Shown piece by piece: positions 25,581 to 37,088 of a stretch of 64,000 nucleotides of DNA. The position numbers and the translations under genes were made by a program. The notes beneath the pieces are model-generated. The model saw nothing but the letters and a program-made list of their open reading frames with translations, was not told the DNA's origin and made no database searches. Where the stretch lies: assembly GCA_963802945.1 (NCBI GenBank), contig CAWDKY010000032.1, forward strand, positions 43,444-107,443. The letters are read 5' to 3'. Each line of letters starts with the position of its first letter. Within the stretch, counting starts at the first letter, position 1. The stretch is from an uncultured delta proteobacterium. GTDB lineage: Bacteria > Desulfobacterota > RBG-13-43-22.

Positions 25581-26333
25581 TTAGGGGCGGTTGATCAGGT
25601 TGGCCAGGTACCCGGCCCCAAAGCCGTTGTCTATATTGACCACGGCCACGCCCGAGGCGCAGGAATTGAGCATCCCGAGCAGGGCGGCCAGGCCGTTGAA
25701 GCTGGCCCCGTAACCTATGCTGGTGGGAACGGCAATGACCGGACGTTCCACTAAGCCCCCCACTACGCTGGGCAGGGCCCCTTCCATCCCGGCCACCACA
25801 ATCAAGACCGAAGCCGACAAGATCTTTTCCTGATTGGCCATCAGGCGGTGCAATCCGGAAATCCCTACGTCATATAGGTACTCCGTAGGATTGCCCATGA
25901 TTTGGGCTGTAAGCATAGCTTCTTCGGCCACCGGCATATCGGATGTCCCGGCTGAAATAACCAGGACCAGCCCACGGCCTGGCAATGTTTTAACCGGTTT
26001 GGAAAGACAGGTTAAGACCCTGGAAAGGGGATGATAGACAGCCTCGGGAAATCGCTTGCAAACTAGAGCGGCCTTTTGAGCATCCAGCCGGGTGACCAGG
26101 ATGTTTTCCTTGTTTTTTTTCATCCGACCCATGATTTCTATGATCTGTTTGGCTGTCTTCCCTTCGCCGAAAATGACTTCCGGAAATCCCTGGCGCAAAG
26201 AACGATGGTGGTCGATTCGGGCAAAGTCAATATCTTCAAAAGGAAGGTATTTCATTTTTTTCACGGCCTGATCAACAGACACCTTTCCATTCTTGACCTG
26301 GTTTAAGAGTTCTTTTAAACGGTCCGGATTCAT
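25581..26333 (-). CDS. larB: nickel-pincer cofactor biosynthesis protein LarB (AIR-carboxylase-like)
   Basis: Motifs SAGTSDMPVAEEA, VAGMEGALPSVVGGL and VNIDNGFGAGY. Confidence 0.85.
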   Translation of the reverse strand: MNPDRLKELLNQVKNGKVSVDQAVKKMKYLPFEDIDFARIDHHRSLRQGFPEVIFGEGKTAKQIIEIMGRMKKNKENILVTRLDAQKAALVCKRFPEAVYHPLSRVLTCLSKPVKTLPGRGLVLVISAGTSDMPVAEEAMLTAQIMGNPTEYLYDVGISGLHRLMANQEKILSASVLIVVAGMEGALPSVVGGLVERPVIAVPTSIGYGASFNGLAALLGMLNSCASGVAVVNIDNGFGAGYLANLINRP

Positions 26334-26458
26334 TTTTTCTCCCTTTAAAATTCCCCAAGTTCGGGGCTTTCCGAATCATTTGGGAATTGGTTTGATTTTA
26401 AGTTCCTGTTCAGTTAGAATACATGGGTTCTCATATTCTGTCAAATGGTTCGGTTGGT

Positions 26459-27313
26459 ATGCAAAATCCTCTTTCCTGGATCGAGGTCTGTCTGACGGTT
26501 TCCCCGCAGTTGTGCGAGGCCTGCAGTTCGATCATCTTTGAAGAAACCGGTCAGGGCTCTTTTACGGAAGACCATCAGGACGAAGGCCAAGAAATGTCCA
26601 GGCTCAAGACTTATTTCCCCAGGGATGAGTCGTTCCGGGACAATCTGTTAAAACTGAAAAAAAGAATTTTCTTTTTATATGCTCATTTCCCGGATTTTCC
26701 TCCCCCGACCTGGGCATTCAGCCAGATCTTTGAAGAGAACTGGCAGGAAAACTGGAAGCAATTTTTTAAACCTCTGCGGGTATGTTCCAACATCATCGTC
26801 TGTCCAACCTGGGAAAGGTATGAACCTGAATTGGGAGAGATCGTTTTGAGGCTTGATCCCGGCCAGGCCTTCGGCACAGGCGGCCATGCCACTACCCGCC
26901 TTTGTTTGAAGGCCATGGAATCATTGGCCGAAGACCCTAGACAGAAGGACTTTCTTTTTTCAAGGGTCCTGGATGTAGGTACGGGAAGCGGCATCCTGGC
27001 CCTGGCCGCCGCCTGTTTTCAGGCCGGATCGGTATTGGCGATTGACAACGATCCCCTGGCCGTAGAAGCCGCCCGTGAGCATGTGCATCTGAATAAAATG
27101 GAAACACGAATCCAGGTGGAATTGGCTACACCGGAAACAGTGTCCGGCCCCTTTTCATTGATACTGGCCAATCTGACCCTTAATGATCTGGTCCCTCTGA
27201 CCCCGGTTTTTAAAAATCTGCTGTCTCCTAATGGGGTCCTGGTGACCTCAGGGGTCCTGGGCTTTCAATCCCGGGACTTGATCAGGGCCTTTGCCAAGGG
27301 AAAATACCATTGA
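26459..27313 (+). CDS. prmA: ribosomal protein L11 methyltransferase
   Basis: WIEVCL start context, FGTGGHATTRLCL and LDVGTGSGILALAA SAM motif. Confidence 0.85.
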   Translation: MQNPLSWIEVCLTVSPQLCEACSSIIFEETGQGSFTEDHQDEGQEMSRLKTYFPRDESFRDNLLKLKKRIFFLYAHFPDFPPPTWAFSQIFEENWQENWKQFFKPLRVCSNIIVCPTWERYEPELGEIVLRLDPGQAFGTGGHATTRLCLKAMESLAEDPRQKDFLFSRVLDVGTGSGILALAAACFQAGSVLAIDNDPLAVEAAREHVHLNKMETRIQVELATPETVSGPFSLILANLTLNDLVPLTPVFKNLLSPNGVLVTSGVLGFQSRDLIRAFAKGKYH

Positions 27314-27401
27314 GGACCTTGGTCCTGGAAGAGGAATGGGCCTGTATCATTTTTGGGGAATCCAGAATATAGGGAACAGGATCAGAAAAAAACCAACTTC
27401 T

Positions 27402-28151
27402 ATGCGACGATTTTTTATCCCACCTGAACAGCTCCTTGCCCCGGATCCGTATTTACAAGGAGATGAAGCCAGACATCTTTTGCAGGTACTGCGGATGAAG
27501 GTCGGAGACCAGGTCATGCTCTTTGACAATTCCAATCAGCAATATCAGGCCCGGATCAGCTCCATATCCGGGGACAAGGTTCATTTTGAAATTTTGGACC
27601 GACAGACCATCAGGAGGGAATCCCCCATCCAGATCATCCTCGGTTTGCCTTTGATTCGGTCCCAACCCTTTGAGTGGATGCTGCAAAAGGGTACGGAATT
27701 AGGGGTGGCGACCTTCCGTCCCTTTTATTCCGTCCACAGCCGTCGAAATTTTGAGAAAGCAGAAATGGAATCCCGTATGAAGCGTTGGCAACGGATTATC
27801 GTGGAGGCGGCCAAACAATGTGAGAGGAATGTCCTGCCCAAACTTTTTCCCGCTGTCTCCTTCACAGATATTCTCGAAGAAGAGCAAGAAGCCATCAAGA
27901 TCATTCCCTATGAAGAAGAATCTTCCCGGACTTTGAAAGACCTTGAACGGCAACCATCCCCCTCGGGCTCTGTTTTGGCCTTGATAGGACCCGAAGGGGG
28001 GTTTCATCAAGATGAAGTACAAGAGGCCCAGCTAAAAGGGTTTGTCCCCATTTCTTTGGGCCCCAGAACTTTACGATCAGAAACCGCTGCCCTGGCCCTG
28101 ATCTGCCTGTTTCAATTCCTTTGGGGAGATATGGGAACAGGGAAAACCTGA
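27402..28151 (+). CDS. rsmE: 16S rRNA (uracil1498-N3)-methyltransferase
   Basis: MRRFFIP N-terminus, GDEARHLLQVLR and IGPEGGF motifs. ATG 27402. Confidence 0.85.
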   Translation: MRRFFIPPEQLLAPDPYLQGDEARHLLQVLRMKVGDQVMLFDNSNQQYQARISSISGDKVHFEILDRQTIRRESPIQIILGLPLIRSQPFEWMLQKGTELGVATFRPFYSVHSRRNFEKAEMESRMKRWQRIIVEAAKQCERNVLPKLFPAVSFTDILEEEQEAIKIIPYEEESSRTLKDLERQPSPSGSVLALIGPEGGFHQDEVQEAQLKGFVPISLGPRTLRSETAALALICLFQFLWGDMGTGKT

Positions 28152-28237
28152 TTCAGGGGATTTGAAGTTATTATCTCCAATCTGATCCGCCGGAGTTGAA
28201 GGGCTGTTGAAGTCCGATCGACCGAGACTGGATTCTG

Positions 28238-28288
28238 GATACTGGATATCGGATATTTATCAAGCATCCAGTATCGGTTTTTGGTTTT
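28238..28288 (+). terminator. intrinsic terminator built from heptamer repeat (GATACTGGAT ... ATCCAGTATC + GGTTTTTGGTTTT)
   Basis: 10-bp stem at 28238-28247 / 28266-28275 followed by a T-rich tail, downstream of rsmE. Confidence 0.5.
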
Positions 28289-28395
28289 ATCCAGTATCAC
28301 TCTATAAACACTTTTGCCCCCAAGCAGTTCGAAAATTGGGGATAAATTCTCAGATTTAAGCTATAAGAATTTTATTGTTATTCAAGGAGGAAATC

Positions 28396-28788
28396 ATGCG
28401 CTGTCCTAATTGTGGCTATGTCAGTTTTGATTACCTGGATCGATGTGCCAAATGCAACGCCGATTTGACCGGGGAAAGGCGAAGGCTGAACCTTCCGGGG
28501 AGACAACCAAACCCGATTTCCTTGCAGAAAATCATGGAACGAGTGCCGATCATGACCCAAAAAGAAAAAGGGCAAGAAAGGGAAGCTTCGACCGGCAAAC
28601 CCCAAGGGCCGCTTACTTCCAACGAACCCAGGATCGACCTGGATCAAGGGCTTCCTCTGGATATATCATCCTCTTCGGATCTGAAAGCTGCTCCTCAGAA
28701 ATCAAAAATCCCCTCCCAGGAAGAGGGCGGATTGGAATTATCGTTGGAAGGGTTGGAAGCCATTATTACTCCTGAAAAAAAGAAGTAA
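28396..28788 (+). CDS. zinc-ribbon protein with disordered C-terminus
   Basis: MRCPNCGY...CAKCN has two CxxC pairs. AAGGAGG lies 6 nt upstream of ATG 28396. Confidence 0.7.
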   Translation: MRCPNCGYVSFDYLDRCAKCNADLTGERRRLNLPGRQPNPISLQKIMERVPIMTQKEKGQEREASTGKPQGPLTSNEPRIDLDQGLPLDISSSSDLKAAPQKSKIPSQEEGGLELSLEGLEAIITPEKKK

Positions 28789-28818
28789 TATTGAATTCAC
28801 TAATTCAGGTTTTTTTTC

Positions 28819-28847
28819 TTGACAAATTATTTGGAAACGTTTAATTC
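28819..28847 (+). promoter_or_regulatory. sigma70-like promoter TTGACA-N17-TAATTC for tRNA-Phe
   Basis: TTGACA at 28819-28824 and TAATTC at 28842-28847, about 10 nt before the tRNA 5' end. Confidence 0.5.
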
Positions 28848-28856
28848 TCCATGTGT

Positions 28857-28932
<76 letters not shown>

Positions 28933-28938
28933 CGGATG

Positions 28939-28975
28939 CCTGTTGATTCCCGGTCAACAGGAGTCAAAGTCTTTT
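28939..28975 (+). terminator. hairpin CCTGTTGA-N7-TCAACAGG followed by T-containing tail
   Basis: 8-bp stem at 28939-28946 / 28954-28961, directly after the tRNA. Confidence 0.4.
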
Positions 28976-29516
28976 CAATATACCTCCGCTTCAAATCGAC
29001 TGATAACATCAAAAGAGATCTCTCGTTTAAGTGTGCTGAGCCAATTTTCGGTCACACACAAAAAAACAAAGTTGTCCCTCTCGGGAAAGACGATCCCCTG
29101 CTTGATAACGCCCTCTCATTACAAAATATTTTCCGACCGGTGTAGCTATTAAGGGTCCCCAAAAAATATTGACCCAATTTGGCTGTCTGGCCCCATCTAA
29201 GGCGAACCCACCTATTTTTATGTCAAGAATATTAGGAGACTTTTAATAAAAGGGTGGGGTGTCTCTTTGTTTTATCTTTCCTGGGTAGAGAAAAAAAGAA
29301 ACGAGAATTTGTCGGACAGATGTGAATTTTGAGATGTTTTCATTATTGAACGAATAAGTCTTTTTTTTCAATTAGAATTTAAAAAATTCATTGACATTAT
29401 TTTTTTAATATTTTAACAATTAGACCAAAAAAAGACCATAGCTGTTCCCCTATCATTAACCACCCGAATTTCCTGAAAGAGATCTGGCTTGCCTCTTTTA
29501 GTTTATAAGGTAATCT

Positions 29517-31020
29517 ATGAACGTTGCCAGGAATTTAGAACGGTCGGCCCTCTTCTTTCCCGAGCACCCCGCCCTCAGCGATGGGGAACAGGAACTCACT
29601 TATCAAACCTTAAACACCTTGGCCAATCAGGTGGCCACCTCCTTGATTCAATTCGGGGTAAAACCGGGGGATTTTATAGGCCTTTGTGCGCCCAATAGCG
29701 CCGATTGGATTATTTTCTATTTCGGAGTTCTCAAAACCGGCGCAGTGGCCGTGACTTATTCCTATCTTCTCCAGGAAAAGGAACTTAACCTTCTGGTTCA
29801 TCACTCCAAACCCAAGATGATTTTTACAACCGACAGCCGAATCCCGGAAGTGGAGAAAATGAAGGCCTCGGGAGCTTCTGGAAAAAATCATCTGCCCTCA
29901 TGGTGATGTGAATCTGACTCAATTATTGGATCGGGGTCGGGAAACTTTTCAAGCCATCGATCGCGACCGAAGCGATCCCGCCGCTGTTTTATATACCGGA
30001 GGGACCACCGGGGATCCCAAAGGGGTCCTGCTGACGCATGAAAATATCAACGTCTCCAGCCATAATGTGGCCTTCTCGGAACGATCCAGTGAATTCGACC
30101 GGGCCCTTTGTTATCTCCCCTTCAATCATGTCTTTGGTCAAATGCACATCATGAATGCCACTGTTTTGAGCGCCGGATGTCTGGAAATTTTACCGGGTTT
30201 TGATTTGGATAAGGTCCTTAAGTTAATCTCCAGGGGAAAGATCACCAAGTTTTATGCAGTTCCTACAACCTATATCCGCCTGCTCACTGAGGAAAATCTC
30301 AAAGAAAAATTGGGTAAGATACGATATTGTTTTTCGGCCGCCGCCAGTCTGGCCGGGGAGATCGTCCGGCAATGGAAAGAACGTACCGGACTGACTATTT
30401 ATGAAGCCTACGGTTTGACCGAATCCGCCTCGATGGTCACCTATAACCATTTTTGTCGTCATGTGGTCGGGTCGGTCGGGGAAGTGGCACCCGGTATCGA
30501 GGTGGAGATTCGAGATCTATCGGGTAACAAACTGGGAAAAAATCAAGAAGGTGAAATTTGTATTCGAGGGCGGAACATCATGGCCGGCTACCTCAATAAT
30601 CCCAAAGATACCCAAGCGGCTTTTTGGGAGAATGACTGGTTTAGATCCGGAGATATCGGTTATCTCGATGATCAGGGATATCTTTTCATTGTCGATCGCC
30701 TCAAAGATATGATCATCACCGGCGGGGAAAATGTTTATCCCAGGGAAGTCGAAGAGATTATTTACACCCGAAGCGAAGTGCAGGAGTGTGCGGTTGTCGG
30801 TCTTCCTGACCGGGAGTGGGGTGAAAGGGTGACCGCTTTCATTATTCCGAAACCAGGACGGGTGATCAGCCCTCAAGATTTGAAATCTTTCCTAAAGTCT
30901 TCTTTATCCTCTTTCAAGGTGCCTAAAGAGGTGGTGACGCTGGAGGAAATGCCCAAGAGTCCAGCCGGCAAAATCCTGAAACGAGAACTGAAAAAAAGTT
31001 ATTTGGAGGGAAAGAGCTGA
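29517..31020 (+). pseudogene. AMP-dependent synthetase/ligase (acyl-CoA ligase), one frameshift as sequenced
   Basis: ORFs 29517-29906 and 29908-31020 are the N- and C-terminal parts of one enzyme (YTGGTTGDPKGV, GYLDDQGYLFIVDRLKD). The frame changes near 29865-29880. Confidence 0.85.
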
Positions 31021-31326
31021 AACGAGCCTAACGTGGTGCAAAAACCCCATCATTTATCTTTTATTAATTATTGACTTTTGTCCCGGAAAACCCCATCCCC
31101 CTTTTGGGGAAAGGATTGCCTGCTGGTGTTGATTCGCCTGCTTGCCGGGCGACGGGGCAGACATGGCAGGCAGACATGGAGGGGAAATTCAACTTTTAAC
31201 AAAACCGTCAAAATATAATATTTTTCATTCCATAGTTAAAGATTAAGCGTGTTAGTCTTTCCACCTCATTTTTATTGGTAAAAAATAATAGAGACGAATC
31301 CGGACCTGATTAGGAGTCTATGTCGG

Positions 31327-32142
31327 ATGGAAACTGATCAAGTAAAACTGCGGATCGAACACCTATCACTCAGCTTTGGCGGTGTCAGCGCACTGGTCGA
31401 CATTAGCCTGGACATCCGGGACAAAGAAATACTGGCCATTATCGGACCTAACGGCGCCGGAAAGACCGCCCTTCTCAACTGCATCAACGGCTTCTACAAA
31501 CCTCAAAAAGGTGAGATCGTTTATAACGGGAAAAGGATTACCCGGATGCGCCCGGACAAGCTGGCGAGCTTGGGCATTGCTAGGACCTTTCAGAACATCG
31601 AGCTGTACACAGGACTGACCACCCAGGATAATATCATGGCCGCCCGGCATGTGCTCATGAAGCAAAACTTCCTCACGGGTTCGCTATACTTCGGCTGGGC
31701 CGTCAAAGAGGAAATCAAGCATCGCCGGACCGTCGAGGAGATTATCGATTTCCTGGAAATAGCGCCCATTAGAAAGAAGGTGGTCGGTCTGCTGCCCTAC
31801 GGAATGCGAAAAAGGGTCGAGCTGGCCAGGGCTTTGGCCCTGGAGCCGAAAGTTCTGCTGCTTGACGAGCCTATGGCCGGGATGAACCTGGAGGAAAAGG
31901 AGGATATTGCCCGGTTCATCATTGATGTCTTCGAAGGCCAGGGAGACACCTATCCGGATACCCCGGTTCTGAGGGATGGGATCGGCTGCATCATCCTGGT
32001 CGAACATGATATGGGAGTGGTTATGGACATTGCCGACCGGATTATCGTCCTTGATTTCGGGCGAAAGATTGCCGAGGGCACCCCGGCCGAAATCAGCACC
32101 AATCCCGAGGTGATCAGCGCTTATCTGGGGAAAGGGAAATAG
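31327..32142 (+). CDS. livG: branched-chain-type ABC importer ATP-binding protein LivG-like
   Basis: GPNGAGKTALLN, LPYGMRKRVELARAL and LLLDEPMAG motifs. Confidence 0.9.
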   Translation: METDQVKLRIEHLSLSFGGVSALVDISLDIRDKEILAIIGPNGAGKTALLNCINGFYKPQKGEIVYNGKRITRMRPDKLASLGIARTFQNIELYTGLTTQDNIMAARHVLMKQNFLTGSLYFGWAVKEEIKHRRTVEEIIDFLEIAPIRKKVVGLLPYGMRKRVELARALALEPKVLLLDEPMAGMNLEEKEDIARFIIDVFEGQGDTYPDTPVLRDGIGCIILVEHDMGVVMDIADRIIVLDFGRKIAEGTPAEISTNPEVISAYLGKGK

Positions 32143-32189
32143 ATCCAAACCAAGAATATTTTGAGAATTTATCTCTAACTTTTTCGAAT

Positions 32190-32243
32190 GGAATATTGGA
32201 ATGGTGGTCTCAAAAATCCAATACTCCACCACTCCAATACTCC
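32190..32243. repeat. 18-bp-stem inverted repeat of heptamer-type sequence between livG and livF
   Basis: GGAATATTGGAATGGTGG (32190-32207) pairs with CCACCACTCCAATACTCC (32226-32243) at 16 of 18 positions. The two mismatches are A.C on the plus strand, which is G.U if transcribed from the minus strand. Confidence 0.65.
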
Positions 32244-32307
32244 AGTTTATATCATTGTAATTAGTTCTGGATTTATAAGATATTTCAAATAACGTTGGTA
32301 AGATTTC

Positions 32308-33103
32308 ATGCTGCAAGTCAACAATATCGAAGTGGTCTATATGAATGTCATTCAGGTGCTGCGAGGCGTATCCCTGGAGGTGGGTGATGGAAAGATCGTT
32401 GCCCTGCTCGGGGCCAATGGCGCCGGCAAGACGACCACACTCAAGGCCATATCCGGAATGCTGAAGACGGAAGAGGGAAAGGTAACCGATGGCAGCATTG
32501 ATTTTGATGGAAAGAGGATTGACCAGTATGGTCCCGAGGCCATTGCCGCTTTGGGCATCAGCCAGGCCATGGAAGGGCGAAGGGTTCTTGAGCACCTGAG
32601 TGTTGAGGAAAATTTACTGGTCGGCGCTTACTGCCGTAAAGACCGGGCCGGGGTCAAGAGGGACCTGGAAATGGTCTTTGACTACTTCCCCAGGATCAAA
32701 GACCTCCGCTACCGGATCAGCGGCTATCTGTCCGGTGGTGAACAGCAGATGCTGGTGATCGGGCGGGCGCTCATGGCCCGTCCGAAGCTGATGCTTCTGG
32801 ATGAACCTTCACTCGGTCTGGCCCCTTTGCTGGTGCAGGACATCTATGAAATCATCCAGAGAATCAGTGTCCGAGCAAAAAATGGCCATACTCCTTGTGG
32901 AGCAAAACGTCAGAGCTGCCCTGGGTATCGCTGATTATGGTTATGTGATGGAGAATGGCAGGGTGGTTCTAGGAGGTCCGGCTGAGAAGTTAAGAGATAA
33001 TGAGGATGTTCGGGAATTTTATCTGGGATTATCGGCTGTCGGCTCCCGAAAGAGCTATCGTGAAATCAAGCACTACCGGCGCAAGAAGAGGTGGTTGAGT
33101 TAG
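32308..33103 (+). pseudogene. livF: ABC importer ATP-binding protein LivF-like, one frameshift as sequenced
   Basis: ORFs 32308-32934 and 32801-33103 join as ...IYEIIQRIS / EQKMAILLVEQNV... The frame changes near 32865-32875. Confidence 0.85.
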
Positions 33104-35070
33104 AAAATGAAGACAAAGGCCATGACAGACAGGGACGAAGGCAGAGATCTCATAAAGAAAAGGGCGATACCTGGCCCAAGATACTCAAGTATAACTTTGA
33201 AAAGTATGGCGATAATCGAAGAGCCATGCGCCATAAGCACTACGGCATCTGGCAGCCTTACTCCTGGAAGGACTACTATCTCAAGGTCAAATACCTGGCC
33301 CTTGGGTTGCTGTCCCTCGGCTTTGAACCCGGGGATAAGGTGCTTATTGTCGGGGATAATGCCCCCGAGTGGTATTATGCCGAACTGGCTGCCCAGGCCA
33401 GTCATGGGGTTTCTGTGGGGGTGTGTCCGGATTTACTTCCTCGGGAGATAAAAATCATTGCCGAAAATTCCGAAGCCAGATTTGCCATCGTTGAAGATCA
33501 GGAGCAGGTGGATAAGTTTCTCCAAATCAAAGCCGAGCTTCCCTTGCTCAAAAAGGTTATTTACTGGAGCTATAAGGGACTGGCCCACTATGATGACCCT
33601 ATTTTGATGGGCTATAAACAGGTCCTGGAAAAAGGGGACAATATGAGGCGGAACACCTCGGGCTCTTTGAGCGCATAGTGGAAACCGGCAAGGCCGATGA
33701 TATCTGCGCCATGGTTTACACTTCAGGGACCAGCGGAACCGCACCCAAGGGAGCTGTCCACACCTATAGGACGATGAGGGCGGGCGCCGATCATTATTTA
33801 CATCTTGATCCCTGGTATGAAAACGACAATGTGGTCCCTTACCTGCCCCCGGCCTGGATGACTGAGCAATGGGTTGGAATCGGTTGTCACCTGCTATCGG
33901 CTTGCATCCTGAACTTTGCTGAAGCGCCGGAGACCCAACAGCGGGATACCAGGGAAACAGGACCAAGCATCGTATTCTACGATGCCCGGCTATGGGAGAG
34001 TCTGGCGGCCATGGTCCAGGCACGGATTCTTGGGGCTGATGCTATCCAAAAGCTGGCCTTCCGTCTGTTGATGCCGATCGGCTACAAGATGGCCGATCTG
34101 AGGTTTCAAAAGAAAAAACCGGACCTCTTCCAGAAAATACTCCACGGCTTGGCTGATCTCGTCCTATTCAGACCTCTTAGAAACAGTCTTGGTCTGTCCA
34201 ATGCCAGAATCTGTTATAGCACCGGGGCCGTGCTCAGTCCGGAGGCCTTCAGGTTCTACCATGCCCTGAATCTTCCCCTCAAAAGCCTATACGGGACAAC
34301 AGAGGGCGGAGCTCTCACCGGCGCCAGGGATGAGGACATCTGTACTGAGACTGTTGGGCCTGTCCCCAAGGGGACGGAGGTAAAAATAACCGATAATGGG
34401 GAACTGATTTATCGTCAGCCCGGCATTTTTGTCGGATATTATAAGGACCCGGAGAAGACTGCCGAAGTGCTAAAAGACGGGTGGTTTTATAGTGGAGACA
34501 GCGGTTTCATCCGGGAGGATGGACACATTGTATTTTTGGACAGGGTCAGAGGACTTAATTGAGCTGGAAAGTGGCGAAAAACTGGCCCCCCAATGGATTG
34601 AGAGCCGGCTGAAATTCAGTCCTTATATCAAGGAAGCCTGGGTTCTGGCCGGACCGGACCAGGCCTACGCCTCGGCAATATTAATCATTAACTATGATAC
34701 ATGTCAGAAGGTGGGCCGGACAAAAGAGGGTGGCTTATACTACCTTCGCCGAGCTTTCCCAGAAGGCCGGAGGTTTACGAGTTGGTGAAGCAGGATATCG
34801 ACAGAATAAACAGCACGCTTGCCCCCGGGTTGCAGGGTGAAGAAATATGTCAACCTGCACAAGGAATTCGATCCGGATGAGGGCGAGGTAACCAGGAACA
34901 GAAAGCTGAGGAGGACCTTTTTGGAAGAGCGTTATCGCGAGCTTATCGATGCGATCTATGGGGATAAGACCGAGGTGTCGATAGAAGCCCGGGTCAGGTA
35001 TCAGGATGGGCGGACGGGAACCATAAAGACGACTCTTAGCATCAAGTCTGTTGAAGGAGCCTTCGTATGA
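33091..35070 (+). pseudogene. long-chain acyl-CoA synthetase-like AMP-ligase typical of liv-type operons, at least five frameshifts as sequenced
   Basis: The pieces 33091-33678, 33678-34562, 34492-34788 and 34819-35070 carry consecutive parts (VYTSGTSGTAPKG, GWFYSGDSGFIREDGHIVFLDRV, KKYVNLHKEFDPDEGE). Shifts lie near 33640, 34548 and three within 34700-34830. The start is either GTG 33091 or ATG 33107 with a further shift. Confidence 0.8.
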
Positions 35071-35954
35071 CCTTCTTCCTTCAATTGGTGGTAACCGGTT
35101 TTGCCCTGGGCATGGTCTATGCCCTTGTCGCCATAGGCTTTGTTATTATTCTAAAATGCTCCAATGCCTTTAACATTGCCCAGGGACACTTTGTAATGAT
35201 TGGTGGTTACCTGGGCTATACCTTCCTGGTGCCCTTCGGCCTGCCGATATGGGCCACCCTGATTCTGGCAATAGTAGTGGCCATCATCATGGGTTTGTTA
35301 ATAGAACGCCTTACCCTGCGCCCTTTGATGGGTCAATCAGAACTGGCTGTCATCATGATGACTATTGCCTTGGCCACTGTATTGGAAGGGCTGGCAACCC
35401 TGATCTGGGGCGGCGAATATAAGACCTACCATGGAGTACTGCCGACGCTGACCCTGAAACTGGGTCAGATATCCATACCCCCGGAGTCGCTAATCGGACT
35501 CATCGTCTCTGTTGTTTGCGTAACGTTGCTCATGCTTCTCTTCCGCTATACCAAAATCGGACTGGCCATGAGGGCCACTGCCGAGGATTTGCAGGTGGTG
35601 CAGAGTGTGGGTATCAAGGCAACCACGGTCTATGCCGTCTCCTGGGTCATTGCCTGTGTCGTCGGTGTGATCGGCGGCATTCTTTTGGGCGGCGTGTCCG
35701 GCGTTATGATACCCCTCGCCGAGATCGGTTTGAAAGCATTCGCCGTGGTGCTGCTGGGAGGGGTGAACTCAATTGGCGGGGCCATTGTAGCCGGGATCAT
35801 ACTGGGTATGCTGGAAAATGTGGCTGCCGGGTACCTGGACCCATTACTGCCCGGCGGCGGGCTGGCCCAAATATTTCCGTTTATGGTCATGATCATTGTG
35901 CTCATCTTTAGGCCCTATGGTCTATTTGGTCTGGTCAGGATAGAAAGGATTTAA
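35067..35954 (+). CDS. livH: ABC importer permease LivH-like
   Basis: 295 aa, polytopic, with the FNIAQGHFVMIGGYLGY motif. Its ATGA-type start overlaps the preceding gene. Confidence 0.9.
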   Translation: MTFFLQLVVTGFALGMVYALVAIGFVIILKCSNAFNIAQGHFVMIGGYLGYTFLVPFGLPIWATLILAIVVAIIMGLLIERLTLRPLMGQSELAVIMMTIALATVLEGLATLIWGGEYKTYHGVLPTLTLKLGQISIPPESLIGLIVSVVCVTLLMLLFRYTKIGLAMRATAEDLQVVQSVGIKATTVYAVSWVIACVVGVIGGILLGGVSGVMIPLAEIGLKAFAVVLLGGVNSIGGAIVAGIILGMLENVAAGYLDPLLPGGGLAQIFPFMVMIIVLIFRPYGLFGLVRIERI

Positions 35955-35957
35955 TCA

Positions 35958-37003
35958 ATGGGTTTACGCTCCGGAACCTTTCAAGAAACCTACGCGCAGG
36001 ATATGGCTGTCTTCCGCACCAAGGCTGCAATGGGGAATGCTCCTGGTCTTTCCTCATCTTTCTTTTCACCTGCCCATTGTTATTTCAGTGACAGGATACT
36101 GACCATCATGACCATGATCGGTATTGCCATTATCAGTGTTCACGGGCTCAATATTCTGACCGGATACTGCGGCCAAATCTCCATGGGCCATGTGGGTTTT
36201 ATGGCAGTCGGCGCCTATGTCTCGGCGATCTTAACCGCCAAGCTCGGCTGGTCATTCTGGGCGGCCTTGCCCTGTGCCGCCCTGGCCGCGGGAATGGCAG
36301 GTTTGATCTTCGGTCTGCCGTCCTTAAAGATCAAGGGTTCTACCTCATTATGGCCACCATCGCCGCCCATTTTATTATTATCTGGCTGATCCTCCAGCTC
36401 CGAAGTATCACCGGCGGAGCTGACGGCATGGCTGTGCCCAAACCCCGGATAGGCAGTATCGTGTTGACGTCCAAAGCCAGCTACTTCTACCTGGTTATGA
36501 TAATGGCCTGCCTGGCCACGTTCTTGGCTGTAAACATGGTCAGGACCAGGGCAGGCAGGGCCTTCGTCGCCATCAGAGATAACGACCTGGCGGCTGAGGT
36601 CATGGGGATCAATCTGTGGAGTTATAAGCTGCAGGCATTCTTTATCGGCTGTGTTTATGCCGGAGTGGCCGGGGCCTTGCTGGTTCACTACTATGGATTC
36701 GCCAGTGTCGACCAGTTTCCCTTCATGGATTCCGTCTGGTATATGGGCATGCTGATTGTCGGCGGAATGGGCAGCATCCCGGGGGCTATTCTCGGCGCCG
36801 TATCTCTCAAGCTGCTGGATGAGCTGGTCACCATTGTCGGCCCCATCTTATCGGCAGCCGTTGCTGCCCAGGCAGCCGCTTCATTGGCCCTCATCACCCG
36901 GGGATTAGTCATTATTCTCTTTCTTATTTTTGAACCCAGGGGACTCGCACACCGGTGGGAGACTTATCAAGGCCTATTTCAGATTGTGGCCTTTCTCACA
37001 TGA
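35958..37003 (+). pseudogene. livM: ABC importer permease LivM-like, frameshifted as sequenced
   Basis: ORFs 35958-36389 and 36350-37003 join at ...LPSLKIKG / FYLIMATIAAHFII... near 36335-36345. The N-terminal region may contain further compensating indels. Confidence 0.85.
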
Positions 37004-37088
37004 AGAAACAGAGTGAAGGGGGTGATTGATCCGACAAAATACTAAACTTGTTGTTTAAACCATCAAACCATGTTGAGAGGAGGAGACA

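Noticed and set aside
31684-32595. 303-aa minus-strand ORF
   Set aside because: It is antisense to livG and livF and spans the simple-repeat spacer. No motifs were recognised.
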